From positions 1,746 to 65,745 of the forward strand of contig DASYSE010000126.1 in assembly GCA_036003705.1 (NCBI GenBank): a stretch of DNA of 64,000 nucleotides. Direction: 5' to 3'. Position numbers and translations under genes: made by a program. The notes beneath the pieces were generated by a model, which saw only the letters and a list, made by a program, of their open reading frames with translations, did not search any database and was not told the DNA's origin. The DNA is from Actinomycetes bacterium. Lineage in GTDB: Bacteria; Actinomycetota; CALGFH01. Positions 26,715 to 37,038 of the stretch are shown piece by piece; the stretch's first letter is position 1; every line of letters begins with the position of its first letter.

Positions 26715-27665
26715 TTGCAAGCCGCACCGTCCCGCGCGATCCCCAGGGAGCCGGTCCCGCCCCTGGGGGTCGCTCGCCCGCGCTGGGGCGAGCGGGTGAT
26801 CGTCGGCTTGCTGTTCCTGTGCGGGCTGCTGTCGGTCGCGACGACGCTGGCGATCGTTCTGTCGTTGCTCCAGCCGGTGCTCGACTTCTTTTCCGAGGTC
26901 AGCCTCGGTGAGTTCTTCGGTGGGCGGGACTGGGCGCCGCTGTTCAACCCGCCGTCGTTTGGGGTGCAGCCGCTGCTGCTGGCCACCTTCACCACGACGA
27001 TCTGGGCGCTGCTGATCTGCATCCCGTTCGGGCTGGGGTCGGCCATCTACCTCAGCGAGTACGCCAGCCCCCGGGTGCGCAAGGTGCTGAAACCGATCCT
27101 CGAGATCCTGGCCGGCATCCCAACCGTCGTCTATGGCTTCTTTGCCTTGACGTTGGTGTCGCCGCTGTTGCAGGACGTCTGGTTCTTCAGCGACAAGAAA
27201 CCCGACCTGTTCAACGCCCTGGGTCCCGGCCTGGTCATGGGGATCATGATCCTGCCGACGGTGGCGTCGCTGTCGGAGGATGCGATGTCGGCGGTCCCCC
27301 AGGGGCTGCGCGCCGGCGCCTACGCCCTTGGCAGCACCAAGCTGCAGGTGAGCACGCGGGTGGTCGTTCCCGCGGCGATCTCGGGCATCGTCGCCTCGTT
27401 CGTGCTGGCCATCTCCCGGGCCGTGGGCGAGACGATGATCATGCTGATTGCGGCCGGCAACAACCCCAACTTCACCCTGGACCCCAGAGAGGGCGTCCAG
27501 ACCATGACCGCCTTCATCGGCGCGACCGGCATCGGTGACGTGCCCCAGGGGACGACCGGCTACCTGACCATCTTCGCGGTCGGGGCCACCCTGTTCGTGA
27601 TCACGCTGGTGATCAATCTGATCGCGATCCGCCTGGTGCGCCGGTTCCGGGAGGTGTACGAGTGA
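26715..27665 (+). CDS. pstC: phosphate ABC transporter permease PstC
   Basis: Six TM helices with the EAA-type loop of PstC. TTG start per the ORF track. Confidence 0.85.
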   Translation: MQAAPSRAIPREPVPPLGVARPRWGERVIVGLLFLCGLLSVATTLAIVLSLLQPVLDFFSEVSLGEFFGGRDWAPLFNPPSFGVQPLLLATFTTTIWALLICIPFGLGSAIYLSEYASPRVRKVLKPILEILAGIPTVVYGFFALTLVSPLLQDVWFFSDKKPDLFNALGPGLVMGIMILPTVASLSEDAMSAVPQGLRAGAYALGSTKLQVSTRVVVPAAISGIVASFVLAISRAVGETMIMLIAAGNNPNFTLDPREGVQTMTAFIGATGIGDVPQGTTGYLTIFAVGATLFVITLVINLIAIRLVRRFREVYE

Positions 27666-28567
27666 GCAGCGCCTCGTCGCGCTACGCCATCACCAAGGAG
27701 CACCGCGGAGCGGAGCGGGCCGGCGACCGCCGCAAGGCTCGAGTGTTCCAGGGGCTGATGTTGTTCAGCCTGGCGGTCGGCATCGTCACCTTGGTGGTGC
27801 TGCTCATCCAGGTGGTCGTGGAGGGCTGGCCGCGGCTGAACATGGATCTGCTCACCAATTTCCCGTCGCGGCGGCCGGCGAGATCCGGCGCCCAGTCGGC
27901 CATCTTCGGAACCATCTGGCTCATGGGGATCGTGATGGCGACCGCCGTCCCCCTCGGCTTTGGCGCCGCCATCTACCTGGAGGAGTACGCCGATCCCAAA
28001 CGCTGGTACAACCGCCTGATCGAGCTGAACATCCAGAACCTGGCCGCGGTCCCATCGATCGTCTACGGCATCCTCGGCCTGGCCTTCCTGGCCCGCGGGC
28101 CCTTTGGGCTTGGCCGGACGCTGCTGGCGGGCGGGTTGACCCTTACCCTGCTGGTGCTGCCCATCGTCATCATCTCCGGCCGCGAAGCCATCCGCGCGGT
28201 GCCCAACTCCATCCGCCAGGCATCGCTGGCGTTGGGCGCGACCAGGTGGCAGACCGTCCGCCGCCAGGTCCTCCCGGCCGCCATCCCGGGGATGGCCACC
28301 GGCACGATCCTTGGGCTTTCCCGCGCCATCGGGGAGACCGCCCCGCTGATCCTCCTCGGCGCGCTGACCTTCGTCACCTTCAACCCCGACGGGCTGACCA
28401 GCCAGTTCACCGCCCTCCCAGTCCAGATCTTCAACTGGATCTCGCGGCCTCAAGAGGAGTTCAAGGTGCTGGCCGCGGCGGCGATCGTGGTCCTGCTGGT
28501 GGTCCTGCTGGCCATGAACGCGACCGCGATCTGGCTACGCAACCGGTTCTACCAGCGCCGATGGTGA
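27662..28567 (+). CDS. pstA: phosphate ABC transporter permease PstA
   Basis: Overlaps pstC by 4 nt; PstA-like TM topology. Confidence 0.85.
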   Translation: MSSASSRYAITKEHRGAERAGDRRKARVFQGLMLFSLAVGIVTLVVLLIQVVVEGWPRLNMDLLTNFPSRRPARSGAQSAIFGTIWLMGIVMATAVPLGFGAAIYLEEYADPKRWYNRLIELNIQNLAAVPSIVYGILGLAFLARGPFGLGRTLLAGGLTLTLLVLPIVIISGREAIRAVPNSIRQASLALGATRWQTVRRQVLPAAIPGMATGTILGLSRAIGETAPLILLGALTFVTFNPDGLTSQFTALPVQIFNWISRPQEEFKVLAAAAIVVLLVVLLAMNATAIWLRNRFYQRRW

Positions 28568-28637
28568 CCGCTGGTGGCCAGCGCCCGCTCGGCGCGCGCA
28601 ATGTTGGCACACGACGACAGATCTGGGCGATGACCGG

Positions 28638-29534
28638 ATGGCGCAAGGACGGACCGAAATGACCCAGGAAGACCGAGAGGATCCATCGGCCACCACCGAC
28701 GGCCCACGCATCGGGACCGAGGTCAAGCCGCGCGAGCGGACGGATACACCCACCGAGACGGTGTTCCGGCTCGACGACGTCCACGTCTACTACGGCGGCT
28801 TCCTGGCCCTGCGCGGGGTGAACCTGGATATCAACGAGAAGGAGATCACGGCGTTCATCGGCCCGTCCGGGTGCGGCAAGAGCACGCTCATCCGCTGCCT
28901 GAACCGCATGAACGACCTGATCCCCGAGGCCAGGGTCGAGGGCAAGATCGAGTACCACGACCAGGATCTGTACGGCGACGAGGTCGACCCGGTCGAGGTA
29001 CGCCGGCGCATCGGCATGGTGTTCCAGAAGCCCAACCCGTTCCCCAAGTCGATCTACGAGAACATCGCCTTCGGGCCCAAGGTCATCGGCATGAAGCCGG
29101 CCAGCATGGATCAGCTGGTGGAGGAATCCTTGCGTAGAGCGGCCCTGTGGGACGAGGTCAAGGACAAGCTCAAGCAGAACGCGCTCTCCCTGTCGGGCGG
29201 CCAGCAGCAGCGGCTCTGCATCGCCAGGGCGATTGCCGTCTCGCCCGACGTGATCCTGATGGACGAGCCGGCCTCGGCCCTCGACCCGGTCTCCACCGGG
29301 CGGATCGAGGACCTGATGGAGCAGCTCAAGCAGGACTACACGATCGTGATCGTCACCCACAACATGCAGCAGGCGGCCCGCATCTCCGACCGCACGGCGT
29401 TCTTCAACGCCGAGCCGGCCGAGGGAACCGGGGACCGCACCGGCGTGCTGGTCGAGTACGACCGCACCGACGCGATCTTCACCCACCCGGCCGACAAGCG
29501 CACCGAGGACTACATCACCGGCCGCTTCGGGTAG
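28638..29534 (+). CDS. pstB: phosphate import ATP-binding protein PstB
   Basis: [29 protein letters not shown]. An alternative start at M8 would be 28659. Confidence 0.9.
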   Translation: MAQGRTEMTQEDREDPSATTDGPRIGTEVKPRERTDTPTETVFRLDDVHVYYGGFLALRGVNLDINEKEITAFIGPSGCGKSTLIRCLNRMNDLIPEARVEGKIEYHDQDLYGDEVDPVEVRRRIGMVFQKPNPFPKSIYENIAFGPKVIGMKPASMDQLVEESLRRAALWDEVKDKLKQNALSLSGGQQQRLCIARAIAVSPDVILMDEPASALDPVSTGRIEDLMEQLKQDYTIVIVTHNMQQAARISDRTAFFNAEPAEGTGDRTGVLVEYDRTDAIFTHPADKRTEDYITGRFG

Positions 29535-29601
29535 GTCGGCTGGCTCTCGGCCCTGCCGCGCTGGTACGGTTCGCGTGCTTCCCACGTCGACGGGAGGACG
29601 C

Positions 29602-30231
29602 TTGAAGCTGCGGATCTTTCCTCGCGAGGAGTCCTATTTCGACCTGTTCGACGAGGTCGCGGCCAACCTCGCCGAGGCGGCCAGGAACCTGCTGGACTTG
29701 GTCGAGGATTTCGTCGACCCGGAGATGAAGGCCAAGCGCCTGGTCGAGGCCGAGCACGAGGGCGACCGGCTCACCCACGCCATCTACTCCCGGCTCAACT
29801 CGACCTTCATCACCCCCTTCGACCGCGAGGACATCCACTCCCTCGCCGGGCACCTGGACGACGTGCTCGACTCCATCGAGGCGGCGGCCGACATGCTGGT
29901 GCTCCACAAGGTGACCGAGCCGCTGGACGCGGTGGTCGAGCAGGCCCGGCTGATCGACCGGGCGGCCAGGGCGACCGCCGACGGCCTGCGCAGCCTGCGC
30001 GGGCTCAAGCAGGAGCCGCTGCGGTCCTACCTGATCAACATCAACGAGCTGGAGAACGACGGCGACCGGCTGTACCGCCGGGCAAGGGCCGACCTCTACA
30101 ACTTCAACGCCGAGCACCCGGCCCGCTACGTGCTCATCTGGAAGGACATCGTCGAGCAGCTCGAGGAGGCGCTCGACGGCTTCGAGCACGTCGCCAACAC
30201 CGTGGAGACCGTCATCATCAAGCATGCCTGA
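29602..30231 (+). CDS. DUF47 PhoU-like phosphate transport regulator (Pit accessory protein)
   Basis: LKLRIFPREESYFDLFDE is a typical DUF47 N-terminus. TTG start with GGGAGGA upstream. Confidence 0.8.
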   Translation: MKLRIFPREESYFDLFDEVAANLAEAARNLLDLVEDFVDPEMKAKRLVEAEHEGDRLTHAIYSRLNSTFITPFDREDIHSLAGHLDDVLDSIEAAADMLVLHKVTEPLDAVVEQARLIDRAARATADGLRSLRGLKQEPLRSYLININELENDGDRLYRRARADLYNFNAEHPARYVLIWKDIVEQLEEALDGFEHVANTVETVIIKHA

Positions 30232-31351
30232 CCTGGCCCTCGTCGCGGTCGTCGCCATCGTCCTCCTGGCCCTGGTGTTCGACTTCACCAACGGCTTCCA
30301 CGACGCCGCCAACTCGATCGCCACCGTGGTCTCGACCCGGGTGCTGACCCCGCGGATCGCGGTCGTCTGGGCGGCGCTGTTCAACTTCGTCGCCTTCCTC
30401 GTCTTCCAGACCCACGTGGCCAACACCGTCGGCAAGACCGTCGACCCGTCGGTGGTCAGCGAGGCGGTGATCTTCGCCGGGCTGGCCGGGGCCATCGCCT
30501 GGAACCTCCTCACCTGGTGGCTGGGCCTGCCGACCTCCTCGTCGCACGCGCTGATCGGCGGCTTCGCCGGGGCCGGGGTCGCCAAGGCCGGCTTCGGCGC
30601 GCTGGACGCCAGCAGCCTGCAGAAGATCATCCTGTTCATCCCGCTGTCGCCGCTGTTCGGGCTGGCCCTCGGCTTCCTGCTGATGCTGGCCAGCCTCTGG
30701 ATCTTCCGGCGGTCCAGCCCGGCCAGGGTCGACGGGCTGTTCCGCCGCCTCCAGCTGCTCTCGGCGGCGGCGTTCAGCCTCGGCCACGGCGGCAACGACG
30801 CCCAGAAGACCATGGGCATCATCGCCGCGCTGCTGGTCGGCTCCGGCTACCTCAAGCTCGAGGACAACGGCGACCTCCCGGTGCCCCTTTGGGTGGTGCT
30901 GGCCGCCCATGCGGCCATCGCGCTCGGCACCCTGACCGGCGGCTGGCGGATCGTGAGGACCCTCGGCCAGCGGATCACCGCGCTCAAGCCGGTCGGCGGC
31001 TTCTCGGCCGAGACCGCCGCCGCCTGCTCGCTGTACCTGGCCACCGCCCTGGGCATCCCCGTGTCCACCACCCACACCATCACCGGGGCGGTCGTCGGCG
31101 TCGGGGCGACCCGGCGGCTGTCGGCGGTCCGCTGGGGGGTTGCCGGGCGGATCGTCTGGGCCTGGGTCCTGACCATCCCGACCGCCGGGGCGGTGGCGGC
31201 GGTCATCTACGCGATCACCGTCTCCCCGTTCGCGCTGGCCGCGCTCGTCCTGGCCGGCGCGGCGGTGGTGGCCGCGATGATGGCCCGCGGACGCCGGGCA
31301 GCCAGCCGGACGGCCGAGCCGGCAGAGCCGGTCGAGGCCGTGGAGCGCTGA
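30224..31351 (+). CDS. pitA: inorganic phosphate transporter (PiT family, PitA)
   Basis: FDFTNGFHDAANSIATVVSTR and a repeated GHGGNDAQKTMGII signature. 8-nt overlap with the DUF47 gene. Confidence 0.9.
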   Translation: MPDLALVAVVAIVLLALVFDFTNGFHDAANSIATVVSTRVLTPRIAVVWAALFNFVAFLVFQTHVANTVGKTVDPSVVSEAVIFAGLAGAIAWNLLTWWLGLPTSSSHALIGGFAGAGVAKAGFGALDASSLQKIILFIPLSPLFGLALGFLLMLASLWIFRRSSPARVDGLFRRLQLLSAAAFSLGHGGNDAQKTMGIIAALLVGSGYLKLEDNGDLPVPLWVVLAAHAAIALGTLTGGWRIVRTLGQRITALKPVGGFSAETAAACSLYLATALGIPVSTTHTITGAVVGVGATRRLSAVRWGVAGRIVWAWVLTIPTAGAVAAVIYAITVSPFALAALVLAGAAVVAAMMARGRRAASRTAEPAEPVEAVER

Positions 31352-31437
31352 GAAGGGTCCGCTCGGGTCCGCTCGCCGTCCTCGACGTCGGCTCGAACAC
31401 CATCCCCCCAGGCTCCGCACGAGGTATCTTCTTGTGC

Positions 31438-32349
31438 ATGCTGAAGGCAACGTTGCTGAAGGCGGCGGGTTCGGCGTTCCTGCAGCGTCAGGTGACCGCC
31501 AACCCGATCGCCCGCCGGGTCGCCGACCGGTTCATCGCCGGCCACACCCTCGACGAGGCCGAGCATGCGATCCGCCGGCTGAACGCCCGCGGGGTGTCGG
31601 TCGCGCTCGACCACCTGGGCGAGAACACCGAGTCCGAGACCCAGGCCCGCGACTCGACCGGCGCCTACCTGGCCGCCCTCGACCGCATCCAGGAGCGCGG
31701 CATGGACGCCAACACCTCGGTCAAGCTGACCGCGATGGGCCTCGACATCCGGCCGGAGCTGGCATTGGAGGAGGCCTCCAAGGTGGCCGCGAGGGCCAAG
31801 GAGGTCGGCGTCATGGTCGGCGTCGACATGGAGGCCGGGGCCTACGTCGGGCGGACCCTCGACATCGTCGAGGCGCTGAAGCGCGACTACGACAACGTCG
31901 GCGTCTGCATCCAGTCCTACCTGTACCGCAGCCGCGACGACCTCGACCACCTGAACCAGCTCGGCGTCCCGGTCCGTCTGGTCAAGGGGGCCTACCAGGA
32001 GCCGCCCGAGGTCGCCTACCCGCAGAAGGCCAGCGTCGACCACGCCTACGCCCGCATGCTCGACTCGCTGATCGACCTCAACCCCTACCCGATGGTGGCC
32101 ACCCACGACCCGGCCATGGTCCGTCTCACCAAGGCCCTGGTCGCCAGGTACGGCCGCGACCGCGACACCTTCGAGTTCCAGATGCTCTACGGCGTCCGCC
32201 GCGATCTCCAGGAACAGGTCGTCGCCGAGGGCTACCGGCTCCGCGTCTACCTCCCCTACGGCACCCAGTGGTACCCCTACTTCATGCGCCGCCTCGCCGA
32301 ACGACCCGCCAACCTCTACTTCTTCCTCTCCAACCTGGTGAAGCGCTGA
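31438..32349 (+). CDS. proline dehydrogenase
   Basis: ...VKLTAMG...VRLVKGAY...YLPYGTQWYPYFMRRLAERPANLYFF matches monofunctional PRODH. Confidence 0.8.
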   Translation: MLKATLLKAAGSAFLQRQVTANPIARRVADRFIAGHTLDEAEHAIRRLNARGVSVALDHLGENTESETQARDSTGAYLAALDRIQERGMDANTSVKLTAMGLDIRPELALEEASKVAARAKEVGVMVGVDMEAGAYVGRTLDIVEALKRDYDNVGVCIQSYLYRSRDDLDHLNQLGVPVRLVKGAYQEPPEVAYPQKASVDHAYARMLDSLIDLNPYPMVATHDPAMVRLTKALVARYGRDRDTFEFQMLYGVRRDLQEQVVAEGYRLRVYLPYGTQWYPYFMRRLAERPANLYFFLSNLVKR

Positions 32350-32385
32350 GCCGCGAGCATCCCCCTCGCCGCCTCGGCGGCGGGG

Positions 32386-32411
32386 TCCGAGGCTCGCTGG
32401 AGCGAGCCTCG
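32386..32411 (+). terminator. stem-loop terminator candidate after the proline dehydrogenase gene
   Basis: ccgaggctcgc-tgga-gcgagcctcgg: 11-bp perfect stem followed by a weak T tract (agcctttcc). Confidence 0.3.
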
Positions 32412-32511
32412 GAGCCTTTCCAGCCGCAGTCCCGACCGCTCACCAGCCGGGCGGCTTCCTGATCGTTCCCGGTCGTGGAGGCTGTGGACGCAGAACCACC
32501 CGCTGGCATCT

Positions 32512-33933
32512 ATGCTGGCCTGGGTGGTCGTCGGCGAGGAAGGGTGGCGGATGCGGCACGGGTCGTCCGGGGCTGCCGCCGCCCTCGGGCTGGTTGCCGT
32601 GCTCGTCCTCGGGGCGTGCGACTCGGGAGACGGCGGGCGCTATGCGGCCGAGGTCGTGCGGCCGGCCGAGGTGGTCGAGCGGGTCAGCGCACCCGGGGCG
32701 GTGCAGCCGGCGGGGCAGGCCGACCTGAAGGCGCCGGCCGCGGCCAGGGTCGAGCGGCTGGTCGTCAAGGACGGGCAGAAGGTGCGGAGCGGGCAGCTGG
32801 TGGCGGAGCTGTCCTCCGAACAGGTCGACGATCAGGTCCGGCAGGCGCAGGCGGCCGTCGACGCCGCGTCCGCGCTCGGCGGGGTGGCGCCGACGCTGCC
32901 CACCGGGTCAGCCCTCTCCGCCTTCCAGCAGGTCCAGTCGCAGGTCACCGCGACCAGCGCCGCCGTCATCGCCGCCCTGCGCTCGGCGCTGCCGTTGCTG
33001 CCGCGAGCCCAGCGGGCCCGGCTCCAGGCCAGGATCGACCGGGCGCAGGTCCGGGTGGCCGAGCTGGAGCGGCAGGCCGACCGGGCGGCCGAGGACGCGT
33101 CGGCCGCGGCCGACGCCCAGGCCGACTCCCTGCGGCGCTCGATCCAGGCGGCCACCGCCGCCCAGCGCGGCCAGGCGGAGCTGGCCCTCGAGCTGGCCAG
33201 CGACCAGCAGGAGCGCCTGACCCTGCGGGCGCCGCTGGCCGGCACCGTCCAGCTGGGCCGCTCGGGCGGTGGCGGCGGCACGGCCCTTCCCGACCTGCAG
33301 GGCCTGCCTCAGGGAGCCGAGCAGGCTCTCCAGGGGCTCGGCGGTGGGACCCAGCCCGCCCAGACCGGCCCGCCGCTGCGGGTCGGCGCCGAGGTCGCCG
33401 CCGGGCAGACCGTGGCCACCGTGTTCGACGTCAGCGACCTGCTGGTGGCCGCCGAGGTCGACGAGACCGACATCGCGCTGGTCCGGCCGGGGCAGGCGGC
33501 CCAGGTCGAGCTGGACGCCTTCCCGCAGGCCACCTTCGCGGCCACCGTGCGCCGGGTCGCGGTCGCCCCGACGGCCGGCCAGTCGGCCGCCGGCGGGGTC
33601 ACCTACCAGGTCGACCTGGCCCTTGGGGACGCCGAGTCGGCCGCCGCCGGCGCGGTCCGGCCGGTGCCGCGGGTCGGGATGACCGCCACCGCGGCCATCG
33701 AGGTCCGCAGGGCCGCCGGCAAGCTCTCGGTGCCCGGCTCGGCCCTGGTCGGCCGGTCCGGCGGTCAGGCCGTGTTCGTGGTGGAGAACGGCAAGGTCCG
33801 TCTGCGGCCGGTCCAGGTCGCCGCCGACGGCGAGGACCGGGTGGCGCTCGCCTCGGGTCTGCGCGAGGGCGAGCGGGTGGTGTCCCGCGGGGCCGAGCGC
33901 CTGCGCGACGGCCAGGACTGGCCGGGCGACTGA
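32512..33933 (+). CDS. efflux periplasmic adaptor (HlyD/MacA-like membrane fusion protein)
   Basis: N-terminal signal/anchor, long coiled-coil segments (QAQAAVDAA...RIDRAQVRVAELERQ), and a C-terminal beta-domain. Confidence 0.7.
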   Translation: MLAWVVVGEEGWRMRHGSSGAAAALGLVAVLVLGACDSGDGGRYAAEVVRPAEVVERVSAPGAVQPAGQADLKAPAAARVERLVVKDGQKVRSGQLVAELSSEQVDDQVRQAQAAVDAASALGGVAPTLPTGSALSAFQQVQSQVTATSAAVIAALRSALPLLPRAQRARLQARIDRAQVRVAELERQADRAAEDASAAADAQADSLRRSIQAATAAQRGQAELALELASDQQERLTLRAPLAGTVQLGRSGGGGGTALPDLQGLPQGAEQALQGLGGGTQPAQTGPPLRVGAEVAAGQTVATVFDVSDLLVAAEVDETDIALVRPGQAAQVELDAFPQATFAATVRRVAVAPTAGQSAAGGVTYQVDLALGDAESAAAGAVRPVPRVGMTATAAIEVRRAAGKLSVPGSALVGRSGGQAVFVVENGKVRLRPVQVAADGEDRVALASGLREGERVVSRGAERLRDGQDWPGD

Positions 33934-34010
33934 CGGTGGCCCAGCCGGGAGGTGGCGCCGGGAGCCCGCGGGTTGGCGGGGGGCCCGGGCGTCTCGAGCC
34001 CGGGCGACCG

Positions 34011-34694
34011 GTGGTGGAGGCCCTTGGGGTCAGCAAGGTGTACCGGCTGGATGGGGTCGAGGTGCGGGCGCTCGACGGGGTGGAGATGGTGGTGGAGCGG
34101 GGGGACTCGGTGGCGATCATGGGGCCGAGCGGGTCCGGCAAGTCGACCCTGCTCGGCCTGCTCGGCGGCCTGGACCGGCCGACCGGAGGGACGCTCCGGT
34201 TCGACGGCCGGGACGTCACCGGCCTGTCCGAGGACGAGCTGGCCGCGGTGCGCAACCGGGTCGTCGGCTTCGTCTTCCAGAGCTTCCAGCTGCTGGCGCG
34301 CACCCCCGCCGTGGCCAACGTCGGCCTGCCGCTGGTCTACCGCGGGCTCGGCCGGGGCGAACGCCGCCGGCTGGCGGTCGATGCGCTGCGGTCGGTCGGG
34401 CTGGCACACCGGCTGCAGCACCGGCCGTCGCAGCTCTCCGGCGGGGAGCAGCAGCGGGTGGCCATCGCCCGCGCTCTGGTCACCGAGCCGGCCATGCTGC
34501 TGGCCGACGAGCCCACCGGGAACCTCGACACCCGTTCCGGCGAGGAGGTGCTCGACCTGCTCGGCCGCCTCCACGACGAGCGCGGGGTGGCGGTGGTGGT
34601 GGTCACCCACGACCCAGGGGTGGCGGCCCGCCTCCGGCGCCGCGTCACCCTGCGCGACGGCCGCATGGTGTCGGAGCGGGAGCTGACGCGTTGA
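34011..34694 (+). CDS. MacB-like ABC transporter ATP-binding protein
   Basis: GPSGSGKSTLL, LSGGEQQRVAIARAL, LLADEPTGNLD. GTG start by amino-acid index. Confidence 0.85.
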   Translation: MVEALGVSKVYRLDGVEVRALDGVEMVVERGDSVAIMGPSGSGKSTLLGLLGGLDRPTGGTLRFDGRDVTGLSEDELAAVRNRVVGFVFQSFQLLARTPAVANVGLPLVYRGLGRGERRRLAVDALRSVGLAHRLQHRPSQLSGGEQQRVAIARALVTEPAMLLADEPTGNLDTRSGEEVLDLLGRLHDERGVAVVVVTHDPGVAARLRRRVTLRDGRMVSERELTR

Positions 34695-34715
34695 ACCGGA
34701 CGGGCCTGACCCTTG

Positions 34716-34930
34716 GGGTCCGGCCGGACGGGTCGTACCCCCGGGGTCCGGCCAGAGGGGCCCGGCCGGACGGGTCGTACCCCCGGGGTCCGGCCGGAGG
34801 GGTCCGGGGAACCCCGAAGGGGTGCCCCGGTGGATCGGGGAGCTCTTCCGAAGGGGTGCCCCGGTGGATCGGGAAGCGCTTCCGCACGGGTGCACCGGTG
34901 AATCGGGCGGCGCTTCCGAGGGGGCGCCCC
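34716..34930. repeat. tandem repeat array between the macB-like ATPase and permease genes
   Basis: A ~39-bp unit ccggacgggtcgtacccccggggtccggcc(a/g)gagggg occurs twice. A ~34-bp unit cttccgaaggggtgccccggtggatcggg occurs twice, with two further degenerate copies. Each unit holds a GGGG-n-CCCC mini-hairpin. Confidence 0.6.
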
Positions 34931-34931
34931 G

Positions 34932-36116
34932 GTGAGAGCCTCGGAGGCGGTCCGGGTCGCCTGGGAGGCGCTGCGGGCCAACAAGCTCCGCTCGGGGCTG
35001 ACCATGCTCGGGGTGGTCATCGGTGTGGCCAGCGTCGTCCTGCTGGTGGCGATCGGCAGCGGCGCCCGTGACGAGGTCACCTCAGGGGTCGAGTCGCTCG
35101 GCTCCAACATCCTGTTCGTGGCCCCCGGCAACCTCTCGTTCGGCTCGGCCCCGAGCGTCTCCCGGCTGGGGCTGGAGGACGTCCGCCGCATCGGCGACGC
35201 CATCGGCGACCCGCGCCGGGTCGCGGCCACCGTCGCCTCGGGGGAGATCGCCAGGGTCGGCATCCGGCGGGCAAGCGTCAACGTCAACGGCACCAACGAG
35301 ACCATCCCGCTGGTGTTCGACCGGACCCTGTCCCGAGGCGCCTTCTTCAGCGCCGCCGACGTGGAGACCCGCCGGAGGGTGGCGGTGCTCGGCGCCGACC
35401 CGGCCGACAGCCTGTTCCCCGACCGCGACCCGGTCGGCAAGTCGATCACCGTCGGCGGGGTGCGCTTCCGGGTCATCGGCGTGATGAGCCGGGTCGGCAC
35501 AGCTTTCGGGGTGGCCCGCGACGCCGAGCTGTTCGTGCCCGTCACCGCCGCCCAGCGCCTGTTCGGGATCACCCGGGTCGACGGGATCGCGGTGAAGGCG
35601 CCGAGCACCGGGGAGATCGACCAGGAGCAGGCGATCATCCGCGAGGTGGTCGCCCGGGCCCATCCCGACCAGGAGTACCAGGTCCTCACCCAGGAGGACA
35701 TCCTCGGCGTGGTCGGTCGCATCCTCGGCATCCTGACCCTGGTGCTGGCCTCGATCGCCGGCATCTCGCTGGTCGTGGGCGGGGTCGGGGTGATGAACAT
35801 CATGCTGGTCAGCGTGTCGGAGCGGACCCGGGAGATCGGGCTGCGCAAGGCGGTCGGAGCCCGCACCCGCGACGTGCTCCGCCAGTTCCTGCTCGAGGCG
35901 GTCGCCCTGTCCATGAGCGGCGGGGTCGTCGGGATCCTGGTCGGGATCGGCGGGGCCCTGGTGGTTGGTCGCTTCTCGCCGGTGCCGGCGGCCATCACCG
36001 GCTGGTCGGTGGCCCTGGCCTTCGGGGTGAGCGTCGCCGTCGGCGTGTTCTTCGGAGTCTGGCCGGCCCGCAAGGCAGCCCGCATGCAGCCGATCGTGGC
36101 GTTGCGCTACGAGTAG
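34932..36116 (+). CDS. ABC transporter permease (MacB/FtsX-like)
   Basis: MacB_PCD-like periplasmic domain plus FtsX TM helices. Confidence 0.85.
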   Translation: MRASEAVRVAWEALRANKLRSGLTMLGVVIGVASVVLLVAIGSGARDEVTSGVESLGSNILFVAPGNLSFGSAPSVSRLGLEDVRRIGDAIGDPRRVAATVASGEIARVGIRRASVNVNGTNETIPLVFDRTLSRGAFFSAADVETRRRVAVLGADPADSLFPDRDPVGKSITVGGVRFRVIGVMSRVGTAFGVARDAELFVPVTAAQRLFGITRVDGIAVKAPSTGEIDQEQAIIREVVARAHPDQEYQVLTQEDILGVVGRILGILTLVLASIAGISLVVGGVGVMNIMLVSVSERTREIGLRKAVGARTRDVLRQFLLEAVALSMSGGVVGILVGIGGALVVGRFSPVPAAITGWSVALAFGVSVAVGVFFGVWPARKAARMQPIVALRYE

Positions 36117-36222
36117 CCGGATCGGGACCAGCCCATCCACGATCGCCGAGGTCGGCGACCGCTTCGAGGGCGACCTGCTCGGCGACGACCCCCGAGGGTT
36201 GACGACCCCGGGGGCGGAGGGT

Positions 36223-36798
36223 TCAGCCGGTGTTGCGCAGGGCGTCCAGGATGTGGCCGCGGATCGCCTGGGGGCCGGCCCCGAGCCGGACGAGGATCAG
36301 CATGGCCAGGCCCTCGCCCTCACGGACCAGGCCGAGCAGGAGGTGCTCGGTGCCGATGTGGCGGTGCTTGAGGGCCAGCGCCTCGCGCAGGCTCAGCTCC
36401 AACACCTTCTTGGCCCTCGGCGAGAACGGGATGTGCCCGCCGACGGGGAACGGGTTCCTGGCGCGGCGGCAGCGTGGGTCGGGATTCCAGTACAGGGCGC
36501 CAGGACCGAACGACGCCTCGACCCGGCGACGCACCTCGTCAAGGTCGATGCCGATCGCGCCCAGCGCCGCGGCGTCCCCAGGGCCCAGCGGGCCACGTCC
36601 GACCTCGGCGAGCATCTCGCGCTCCACCGCGGCCGGCGTGATCCCGAGGCCGGCCAGCACCTGGGCGGCGATGCCGTCGCCCTGCAGCAGCCCGAGCAGG
36701 AGGTGCTCGGTGCCGGTGGAGCCGTGCCCGAGCCGGCGGGCCGACGCCTGGGCGTCGACGGTCACCTTCCTGGCCCGGTCGGTGAAGCGCTCGAACAT
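36223..36798 (-). CDS. Clp amino-terminal (Clp R) domain protein
   Basis: Two ClpN repeats: MFERFTDRARKVTVDAQ...GTEHLLLGLLQ / ...AKKVLELSLREALAL...GTEHLLLGLVRE. Confidence 0.75.
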   Translation of the reverse strand: MFERFTDRARKVTVDAQASARRLGHGSTGTEHLLLGLLQGDGIAAQVLAGLGITPAAVEREMLAEVGRGPLGPGDAAALGAIGIDLDEVRRRVEASFGPGALYWNPDPRCRRARNPFPVGGHIPFSPRAKKVLELSLREALALKHRHIGTEHLLLGLVREGEGLAMLILVRLGAGPQAIRGHILDALRNTG

Positions 36799-37038
36799 TC
36801 AGTCCCTCCGCAGAAGGCCCCGGCGGGCCGCATGCTTCTTGTGGACCGCCTGCCGGCTCACCCCGAGCTCGGAGGCGATCTCCTGCCATGACCAGCCGGC
36901 GGCGCGGGCGCTGGCCACCTGCAGGGTCTCCAGCTGCTCCAGCAGCCGACGCAGGGCGGCCACCGCCCGCAGCCCGACCCGCGGGTCCTTGCTGTCCACC
37001 GCGTTCGCCAGCTCGGTTGCCTCATCCATGGCTGTCAT
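36799..37038 (-). CDS. small helix-turn-helix DNA-binding protein (sigma-70 region-4-like HTH)
   Basis: SWQEIASELGVSRQAVHKKHA; likely co-transcribed with the ClpN-domain gene. Confidence 0.7.
   Translation of the reverse strand: MTAMDEATELANAVDSKDPRVGLRAVAALRRLLEQLETLQVASARAAGWSWQEIASELGVSRQAVHKKHAARRGLLRRD

Noticed and set aside
33765-34895. 376-aa minus-strand ORF antisense to the macB ATPase and running through the tandem repeats
   Set aside because: Its apparent internal repeat (SGRTPGVRPVRP x2) merely reflects the DNA tandem repeat. The rest is antisense to a Walker-motif ATPase.
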